Virus record (IMG/VR): IMGVR_UViG_3300037882_002578
Span: 32,001-96,000 of that record
DNA: 64,000 bases
Reading direction: 5' to 3' (one strand)
From: a virus
In this document: piece by piece, positions 58,012 to 64,000 of the stretch
How positions within the stretch are numbered: the first letter of the stretch is position 1
How the letters are laid out: each line of letters starts with the position of its first letter
Program-made: the position numbers and the translations under genes
Notes under the pieces: model-generated
Told to the model about the DNA's origin: nothing
Databases searched by the model: none
What the model saw: the letters and a program-made list of their open reading frames with translations, nothing else

Positions 58012-58452
58012 ATGAAAAAAGAATTTAAATTAAGTAACATACCTTTTGAAGTACAAAAAGTATGGGCGTACCAAAGCTTAAATCAGCCTGTAGGTCTAGA
58101 ACTATATAGAGAGATAGAAGCTACAATAGAAAAGTACCCTCAATACTTTCAATGGGAACATACTTATAACAGTATTCCTAGAGAAGTGCACAGTAAATAT
58201 GCAGAAGAACAGTTAATCCTTTATTATAGTTTTTATCCGCCAAAAGAGTCAAACATTAAACCAGGAGAAGGTATCTACAATTGGACTAGGAGACAAGAAG
58301 CTATACCTGCTAAAATAAATGTAAAAGGTTTAGAGAAATCTCTAAAATATATATTTGAAACCGCACCAAAAATTAAAAAAGAATATGAAACAGAAAAAAG
58401 AAAATTGTGGGACAAACACTATAAAGAATATAAACTCAAATACAGAGAATAA
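58012..58452 (+). CDS. Hypothetical protein
   Basis: 146 aa, operon context. Confidence 0.6.
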   Translation: MKKEFKLSNIPFEVQKVWAYQSLNQPVGLELYREIEATIEKYPQYFQWEHTYNSIPREVHSKYAEEQLILYYSFYPPKESNIKPGEGIYNWTRRQEAIPAKINVKGLEKSLKYIFETAPKIKKEYETEKRKLWDKHYKEYKLKYRE

Positions 58453-58508
58453 AACACCATACTACAAATACCATTACAAAAAATGGATACTAAACGGATA
58501 CTTAGAAA

Positions 58509-58766
58509 ATGAAACAAATAGCAACACTATACGCAAAATACAGAAGTAAAAGTACAAAGGAAGAAGGGTCTTACTATGATTTTGAAGCAGGTTATCTTTG
58601 CGCCGAAAAAGATTATAATAAAAGAATCCTTGACGAACTAAATAACCTACGTAGCAAGCTCTCTCAAGAAGAAACTCCTAAATTAGGTAAGATTATAAGT
58701 CAAGATAAAATAAAGGTTTTAAATAGCCAAATTGAAGTACTATTAAAAATAATAAAATACAAATGA
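58509..58766 (+). CDS. Hypothetical protein
   Basis: 85 aa; DFEAGY motif common in small phage proteins. Confidence 0.6.
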   Translation: MKQIATLYAKYRSKSTKEEGSYYDFEAGYLCAEKDYNKRILDELNNLRSKLSQEETPKLGKIISQDKIKVLNSQIEVLLKIIKYK

Positions 58767-58960
58767 TAACAAAAGAGGATTTAAAATTAGCTGTAAATTA
58801 CCTATTTAAAGAGGATAAAAAAGAATATCCTATTAAAATAGAAATGAGTTTAATGAAAGAAAACATTCAAAGGTATTTAATAGGTGAAATGACTAGTGAA
58901 GAGCTAATGTTAACAAAACCAGGAGATGCTAAATTAACTTTTTATGATAACGGAAATTAG
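58763..58960 (+). CDS. Hypothetical protein
   Basis: 65 aa, coupled. Confidence 0.55.
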   Translation: MITKEDLKLAVNYLFKEDKKEYPIKIEMSLMKENIQRYLIGEMTSEELMLTKPGDAKLTFYDNGN

Positions 58961-58961
58961 A

Positions 58962-59048
58962 ATGGAAATAGAATCAAAAAATCACTATTGTGAAAGCTCA
59001 GGAGAAAAATGTAATCAACAATGTAAGTTTTGTAAAAATGAAGAGTAA
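58962..59048 (+). CDS. Unannotated 28-aa four-Cys microprotein
   Basis: MEIESKNHYCESSGEKCNQQCKFCKNEE; starts 1 nt after the previous stop and overlaps the next ATG. Confidence 0.5.
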   Translation: MEIESKNHYCESSGEKCNQQCKFCKNEE

Positions 59049-59373
59049 AGAGCAGTTAGCAAAAGAGTATATAAACCATCTTTATGGAGATGTAAAAAAA
59101 GAAGATTTGCCTATGTATGAACTTGATGTACACCAATCATTTTTGGATTTTAAATCAGGATTTAAAGTGGCTGAAGGATTGTTTAAACCAAAATGGTTAA
59201 GTGTTGAAGAGTATCTTCCAAAAAATGTAACTCCAGTACTCGTAAAAGGAAAGTGTTGTGATATATGTGAACCTAAAGTAATAGCTGAAATAGAAGATGG
59301 AGAATGGTTCTTAAGTGGACACGGAGAAAACTTAACTTTTAAACCTACGCATTGGATACAAATTCCACAATAA
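59038..59373 (+). CDS. DUF551-like protein
   Basis: KWLSVEEYLP...VLV...THWIQIP; ATG at 59038 preferred. Confidence 0.75.
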   Translation: MKSKEQLAKEYINHLYGDVKKEDLPMYELDVHQSFLDFKSGFKVAEGLFKPKWLSVEEYLPKNVTPVLVKGKCCDICEPKVIAEIEDGEWFLSGHGENLTFKPTHWIQIPQ

Positions 59374-59417
59374 AAAAGAAACCCCTAAAGACTAACAATC
59401 TCTAGGGGTATTTTTTA
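59373..59417. terminator. Bidirectional terminator between convergent gene arrays
   Basis: A-run, ACCCCTAAAGA-CTAACAA-TCTCTAGGGGT, T-run. Confidence 0.8.
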
Positions 59418-59592
59418 AGTCAATAAGTAAATCGTAACGCTCCCTTTTAAGTAATTCTCTTTCTAAGTCAGTTTCAAATTGTATAGTGTCACACACATTA
59501 CCAAACTCATCTAAATATTTCCAGGTTTTAAAATCTTTCAAAGAAATTTCATCTAAAACCTTTTCTCTGATTTGTAAATACTCTATTTCCAT
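59392..59592 (-). CDS. Hypothetical protein
   Basis: 66 aa, last gene of the minus-strand array. Confidence 0.55.
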   Translation of the reverse strand: MEIEYLQIREKVLDEISLKDFKTWKYLDEFGNVCDTIQFETDLERELLKRERYDLLIDLKNTPRDC

Positions 59593-60104
59593 ATCATATC
59601 TAAATCTCCAAAAACATTTGAATTTTCATTCTCCCACCAAAATAGCAACATACCATCATCTTCTCTGCTAAAAACTTCAACACAGTAGTCTGCATAAAAA
59701 ATAGCGTTATCTTGGCAATACAGGCAAGCAAAGTCGTAACTAGCAGACTTATGTGCATAAAGTTCTAAATTATCATGTAAAGTTTTAAAATTACGACCTC
59801 TAAGTATTCCACTATCTATGAAAACATAGTGAGTATTCGGCTCTAAATTTTGAGCAAACTCTTTACAATAAACAGGATATATTTCTTCAAACGGAGTATT
59901 AGGATATGGCATCTCAAAGTTGGTCATTTGAAGTGGGTTGTCATAATAAGCGTGAATAACTCTCTGACTAATCATTGAAGAAAAGTCAGGACTGCAGTTA
60001 ACTATTACCGTTTTTTCTGTTACTATAGGTCGTAACATTTCTATTAGAGTTCCAATATCTTCAAACTCTTTCTCTCTTGATATTCTAAAATATTTATTTT
60101 TCAT
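59583..60104 (-). CDS. Phosphoribosyltransferase-fold protein
   Basis: YVFIDSGILRGRNF resembles the PRPP-binding loop (hhhhDDhhxxGxT), followed by FACLY as in type I PRTases. Confidence 0.55.
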   Translation of the reverse strand: MKNKYFRISREKEFEDIGTLIEMLRPIVTEKTVIVNCSPDFSSMISQRVIHAYYDNPLQMTNFEMPYPNTPFEEIYPVYCKEFAQNLEPNTHYVFIDSGILRGRNFKTLHDNLELYAHKSASYDFACLYCQDNAIFYADYCVEVFSREDDGMLLFWWENENSNVFGDLDMIWK

Positions 60105-60345
60105 TTCTTAATAATTTTAATTCTTTTTCCGAAATACATCTTCTACACCCATCAGAGTAAACTTCGTGCCCACATTCTTCGCACAAGTCAAACCACTCAA
60201 AGTATTCAACTTCTTCTCTAGGAATTTCATAAAGATAGTTCATGTCTAGAACGTAACAATCTTTAGTTTCTTGAAAATCAGGTTCTTCTAAAGGGTCATA
60301 AGAATCCCAACTCCCGTCTTTCATTTTAAATTTTATCCCTTTCAT
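60094..60345 (-). CDS. Hypothetical protein with C-terminal Zn ribbon
   Basis: CEECG...GCRRC. Confidence 0.6.
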   Translation of the reverse strand: MKGIKFKMKDGSWDSYDPLEEPDFQETKDCYVLDMNYLYEIPREEVEYFEWFDLCEECGHEVYSDGCRRCISEKELKLLRNEK

Positions 60346-60569
60346 TTCAAATCATCTGTTAAATCATACCAACCAATAACATTTTCCATAGGGAAAGTTT
60401 CCCAATCTTGCCACTCTTTTTTAGAGGGAATATAAACTGCTTTATCGAAAAATATGTAATCCCCGACTTTGTGTTTTACTAGAAGAGCTTTAGTGCAAAT
60501 TATTTCTCTTTCATTGTAAAAAGTTAACTCACTTCTATCAGTGGGTTTTGTTGTTTTCCATTTTATCAT
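60342..60569 (-). CDS. Hypothetical protein (DUF551-like architecture)
   Basis: W...P start and VIGWYDL end. Confidence 0.5.
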   Translation of the reverse strand: MIKWKTTKPTDRSELTFYNEREIICTKALLVKHKVGDYIFFDKAVYIPSKKEWQDWETFPMENVIGWYDLTDDLK

Positions 60570-60820
60570 CTTAATTTTATATCTATTAATTTAAACAATT
60601 CTTTTATATGCAGAGGTTCTAAATTTTGAGGGAAATCAAAAAACTTATCCCATTCATTATCCATAGCATTTTCTTGATGTAGGCGCAAGAAAAAATTAAA
60701 GCCATCAAATTCCAAGTAAAATATATCACTGTGGTTTTTAATTAAAAGAAGTTTACCTGTAAAGCCAAGGTTATTAAACCTTACAGACATATCTTTCCAT
60801 TGTGATTGTGTATAATTCAT
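60566..60820 (-). CDS. Hypothetical protein
   Basis: 84 aa, coupled. Confidence 0.6.
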   Translation of the reverse strand: MNYTQSQWKDMSVRFNNLGFTGKLLLIKNHSDIFYLEFDGFNFFLRLHQENAMDNEWDKFFDFPQNLEPLHIKELFKLIDIKLR

Positions 60821-60822
60821 AA

Positions 60823-61050
60823 CTAATCTTTTACTTCAAAAGTTACAAAATCTACTCCAACATCTTCTAATGTGTGTTCATTTCTAATTTTCCACAAAAA
60901 GTGAGACTTAAAATTATCCTCTAAATTATCAAGAACAGTTTTAATATCTTCTTCTGATAAATGATAGTAATTACTAATATGATTTACTTTAACTTTAAAA
61001 TTTAGAGTCATATCATACTCTCTATCTACTGTGTAATGCCTATTTGCCAT
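60823..61050 (-). CDS. Hypothetical protein
   Basis: ATG at 61050 (MANRHY) overlaps the previous stop. Confidence 0.55.
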   Translation of the reverse strand: MANRHYTVDREYDMTLNFKVKVNHISNYYHLSEEDIKTVLDNLEDNFKSHFLWKIRNEHTLEDVGVDFVTFEVKD

Positions 61051-61225
61051 TTTCTTCCATAAATTTTTTAAGTTCATCTAAACATCCCATTTCAATACAA
61101 CTCTTCATCTCTAAAAGCCTTTTCTCTCTTCTTTCTATAGATTTTTTGATTCTTTCAGGAGATAGGTTGTTGTCTATGGTATATTCAATCATTTCTTCAT
61201 CTAGCGTTTTTAGTATCTTCTTCAT
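61040..61225 (-). CDS. Hypothetical protein
   Basis: 61 aa, helical, coupled. Confidence 0.55.
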   Translation of the reverse strand: MKKILKTLDEEMIEYTIDNNLSPERIKKSIERREKRLLEMKSCIEMGCLDELKKFMEENGK

Positions 61226-61226
61226 T

Positions 61227-61358
61227 CTAATCTTTTAAATATTTATATACTATACTTCTTAGTTTACCAGGACTAAGTTGAAATTCTTTGTGTTTATTTT
61301 TAGGAATTGCTATTAAATTATTCCAAATACCTTGTACTAATTCTTCTCTTTGTGTCAT
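61227..61358 (-). CDS. Unannotated 43-aa protein
   Basis: MTQREELVQGIWNNLIAIPKNKHKEFQLSPGKLRSIVYKYLKD fills the gap exactly. Confidence 0.55.
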   Translation of the reverse strand: MTQREELVQGIWNNLIAIPKNKHKEFQLSPGKLRSIVYKYLKD

Positions 61359-61365
61359 ACTTTAT

Positions 61366-61590
61366 TTAATCAGGTATTTGTAAGTATCTTACTATTTCAT
61401 TTGTTATTTCCCAGTCACTGCTATCCCACCACTCTTCAAAACTTGAACCATCCATAAATCCTTCACAATAATGAGTTAAATATCTTTTACCATCTTTATC
61501 TTCGGCAATTACTTGGTCACTATTCTTACCATCCCAATGCCCTGTTTTATAGGTTAAAGGTTTCCTATCTTTTGTGTAAATCCATTCCAT
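61366..61590 (-). CDS. DUF551-like protein
   Basis: MEWIYTKDRKP...VIA...IVRYLQIP. Confidence 0.6.
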   Translation of the reverse strand: MEWIYTKDRKPLTYKTGHWDGKNSDQVIAEDKDGKRYLTHYCEGFMDGSSFEEWWDSSDWEITNEIVRYLQIPD

Positions 61591-61718
61591 TATTGTTTTC
61601 TTTTAAATATTAATAAAACATATAAATATAAAAATACTCTCACTAATAATTTTGCGCCAAAAACAATTAAAAAAACAGCAATTGACTCTAAAAAATTAAA
61701 CTTCCAAATTATTTCCAT
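61590..61718 (-). CDS. Unannotated 42-aa membrane peptide
   Basis: MEIIWKFNFLESIAVFLIVFGAKLLVRVFLYLYVLLIFKRKQ; TAATG overlap with the next gene. Confidence 0.55.
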   Translation of the reverse strand: MEIIWKFNFLESIAVFLIVFGAKLLVRVFLYLYVLLIFKRKQ

Positions 61719-61816
61719 TGTTCCCACTTTTTTAAAGACTCTTGTAACTCTAAAGTGATAAAATGAATAAAAATGTTTATTTCTTTGGCTTCAAGGTTAT
61801 CCATTATTTCATTCAT
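61709..61816 (-). CDS. Unannotated 35-aa protein
   Basis: MNEIMDNLEAKEINIFIHFITLELQESLKKWEQWK; overlaps the next start. Confidence 0.4.
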   Translation of the reverse strand: MNEIMDNLEAKEINIFIHFITLELQESLKKWEQWK

Positions 61817-61869
61817 TTTAGGGTACAACAAATTACTTATATGTTCAATTATATTTTTATTTTCCATAA

Positions 61870-62175
61870 CTATTTAATTTCATTTTTACTATCCAAAACT
61901 AACCAATAATCTCCATTTCCAAAATCACTTTCAACTAAAATTAAAGTTAACTCTTCTCCTCTATAAACACCTTTTACATCAGAAGAGTAAACATCGTCTG
62001 TATCTTCTAATATGTCTTCCTCAGTATCTGCCCAGTAAACAGTTTCTTCATTACAAAGTTGCCAAAAAGACTTAGCATGGGACGTATCAATTTGATAATT
62101 CTCTATATATCCTTCATAACCTACATGTTTTGCAATCTTATTGCAAACTTCATCAAACTCCAGTATTAATTTCAT
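61870..62175 (-). CDS. Hypothetical acidic protein
   Basis: 101 aa. Confidence 0.6.
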   Translation of the reverse strand: MKLILEFDEVCNKIAKHVGYEGYIENYQIDTSHAKSFWQLCNEETVYWADTEEDILEDTDDVYSSDVKGVYRGEELTLILVESDFGNGDYWLVLDSKNEIK

Positions 62176-62435
62176 AATTTTTTAAATATTTTTGCAGGAA
62201 TAACAGCTATAATAGCATGGTCAGTATCTAAACGGTTATTTCTAAATACAAATCCCTCATCAGTTCTAGTACCATTACCAAATTGACCTTCATTTAATTC
62301 TCCATCTAACCACAAATATTTAACCGAATGGTCATAATAATTTTCTTTAGGTAGAGGCTCTAAATATTCTAAAATAGCTCCATGTTTTGAGATTAAAATA
62401 TCTCCTTGTTCGCAATTTCTTAAATCTACTTTCAT
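62172..62435 (-). CDS. Hypothetical protein
   Basis: 87 aa, coupled. Confidence 0.6.
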   Translation of the reverse strand: MKVDLRNCEQGDILISKHGAILEYLEPLPKENYYDHSVKYLWLDGELNEGQFGNGTRTDEGFVFRNNRLDTDHAIIAVIPAKIFKKL

Positions 62436-62441
62436 AATTTT

Positions 62442-62765
62442 CTAATATGCTGTTGTTGCTACTATTTCTATGTATTTAGCTGTTTTTAAATATTCCGCAA
62501 AAGATTCAGAAATTAAATAACCATCACAGAAGTCTTCTTCGGTTAAGTCTCCTTCATAGGTATCCCAATCAGGCTCTGATTCGTTTATATCTAAAATATA
62601 ACTATTTTCTAACTCTTTCTTAGTTAATTTTTTAATTATAGTCTCTTCAAAAGAGCTTAATCCTGTTTCACTAGAATAAAAATCTCTTGCACTTTTAATG
62701 TTAGGAGCACAAACCCAATCAGTTTCTCCTCCTTTTATGTTGTGTTCAAATTTATAAATGTTCAT
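62442..62765 (-). CDS. Hypothetical acidic protein
   Basis: 107 aa, coupled. Confidence 0.6.
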   Translation of the reverse strand: MNIYKFEHNIKGGETDWVCAPNIKSARDFYSSETGLSSFEETIIKKLTKKELENSYILDINESEPDWDTYEGDLTEEDFCDGYLISESFAEYLKTAKYIEIVATTAY

Positions 62766-63292
62766 AATCCTAATTTATTAATTGCTGTTTGAGTTAAAGT
62801 TAAATCAAATCTAGTTAAGTCTTCAACAGTTTCTATAAAATAAGAGTGTTCGGAAATCATTTCAAACGTTCCTGTTAATTTGTCAAAAACCAACATTAAA
62901 TCTTTATGTTTTAAGTAAATAAAATCATCTGCTTCACCATCAAATCTCCAACCTTCAAACAAAACTTTTTCTTTTGCTTCTTCAAATACATCTAAATAAT
63001 TTTCACCTGCTATTTCACAACGACTTCCCTCGCAAGAATCTCCAATTGAGTTTGATTTCCAATCACCTATTGGGCAATATTTACATAATTCTTCATCAAT
63101 GGGGTCTTTTAAAATATCACTATAGTCATCACAAGGCACAAACATTTCCAGTTTTGGAGATTTTTCTACTAATTTAGCATAGTTAGCCGTACTATAAATA
63201 TATCTTGCTGAGGCTTGTAAATCAGGGTTATTATCATTTTCCCAAACCCTGTAACGTTCTAGTAAAAATTTTGATGATGATATTAGTTTCAT
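62762..63292 (-). CDS. Hypothetical protein
   Basis: 176 aa with a Cys-containing central insertion (CKYC...CEGSRC). Confidence 0.6.
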   Translation of the reverse strand: MKLISSSKFLLERYRVWENDNNPDLQASARYIYSTANYAKLVEKSPKLEMFVPCDDYSDILKDPIDEELCKYCPIGDWKSNSIGDSCEGSRCEIAGENYLDVFEEAKEKVLFEGWRFDGEADDFIYLKHKDLMLVFDKLTGTFEMISEHSYFIETVEDLTRFDLTLTQTAINKLGL

Positions 63293-63468
63293 TTTAATAA
63301 GTTTTTAGTATTTTTAATAACTTCTTGCATTCCAGACTCTATATCTAAAGCTAACATTAAGTCTCTAATAATTTCTGTATAAACTTTTCTCTTGTCTAAG
63401 TTCATTTCTTTATTTCTTCTTTCCGAGTAATCAATAAACATCTCGGACAATAACAATCTATAATTCAT
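63289..63468 (-). CDS. Hypothetical protein
   Basis: ATG at 63468 (MNYRLLL), coupled. Confidence 0.55.
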   Translation of the reverse strand: MNYRLLLSEMFIDYSERRNKEMNLDKRKVYTEIIRDLMLALDIESGMQEVIKNTKNLLK

Positions 63469-63470
63469 AA

Positions 63471-63935
63471 TTAAAACCAATTGTCATTAGTAACTTCTGC
63501 AGGTCTAACCCCTGTCTCTATAGTCACTAAATCATTAATATGCTTTAAAACACCTTTCTTAGCATAACTCTTTTTCCAAAACAAAATATCTCTCAACTTA
63601 GAAACATTATAAGTAAAATCTTCAAACTCTATTTTATCAAAAGAAGGTTCTGGGTTTACTCTTAAATCCATTTTTACGTAAAGACCTTCCTCATTGATAA
63701 CCTTGCTTGTGCAAAAATCAAAATCATTACCTTCACTTGTCAAATCAAGTCTGTCAACTTCAAGATTTTTCACTTCATACTCGTCAATAGTTACATCTAA
63801 ATCAGATGAAATTAAATCTCTCTGTAAGTCAATACCTCTAAGCATTAAACCTAGACTGCCTCCTAAATGTGCAGTAGGATTTTGCAATTGAAAATCTCTA
63901 AACACTTGTAATTTTAAATCAATTCCTTTTTTCAT
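63471..63935 (-). CDS. Pol-beta-superfamily nucleotidyltransferase-like protein
   Basis: HLGGSLGLMLRG...SDLDVTI fits the hG[GS]x9-13Dh[DE]h signature, with a later acidic strand (VKMDL). Confidence 0.7.
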   Translation of the reverse strand: MKKGIDLKLQVFRDFQLQNPTAHLGGSLGLMLRGIDLQRDLISSDLDVTIDEYEVKNLEVDRLDLTSEGNDFDFCTSKVINEEGLYVKMDLRVNPEPSFDKIEFEDFTYNVSKLRDILFWKKSYAKKGVLKHINDLVTIETGVRPAEVTNDNWF

Positions 63936-64000
63936 AATTTTAATTTATTTAATTGTATCTCCAACATTATACCTTTCGGAATCAAAAGTAAGAACATTTG

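Noticed and set aside
61044-63891. Plus-strand ORFs 59486, 61044, 62974 and 63694 in the minus-strand array
   Set aside because: Antisense shadows of tightly coupled minus-strand genes.
1-64000. Stop-codon reassignment (TAG or TGA) as seen in some crAss-like phages
   Set aside because: Long ORFs are intact under code 11, and TAG/TGA end genes immediately before coupled starts (e.g. 12298, 35190, 58008).
1-64000. CRISPR array, tRNA or rRNA genes
   Set aside because: Intergenic spaces are short and none shows repeat-spacer periodicity or a cloverleaf; a tRNAscan/Infernal run would be needed to exclude atypical RNAs.

Overview
AT-rich (roughly 30% GC by eye) segment of a tailed phage genome with crAss-like gene order, most likely infecting a Bacteroidota (Flavobacterium-like) host; promoters match the Bacteroidota TTTG-N20-TAnnTTTG consensus and the standard genetic code is used. 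Bases 1-54782 (+) form the virion module: 5'-truncated portal, scaffold-like gene, major capsid, ring/hub-like tail genes, a lysis cassette with a GH19 endolysin, an LRR protein, several fibre genes, IHF-like gene, a split tail stabilization (muzzle) gene and seven large cargo/ejection proteins. The cargo genes are interrupted by a 5.6-kb fibre cassette and a DNA methyltransferase. A GIY-YIG homing endonuclease follows, then two convergent arrays of small early-type genes meeting at a bidirectional terminator (about 59.39 kb). The most striking pattern: four consecutive cargo proteins (4,534 aa) contain only six cysteines, all within six residues of a terminus and arranged head-to-tail, suggesting a terminal-cysteine coupling system that chains ejection proteins and tolerates gene splitting. 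One such split is a fibre cassette bounded by in-frame 16-bp direct repeats. Product names come from motifs and synteny, not database searches. No tRNA, CRISPR array, reverse transcriptase or credible virion RNA polymerase motif was seen.
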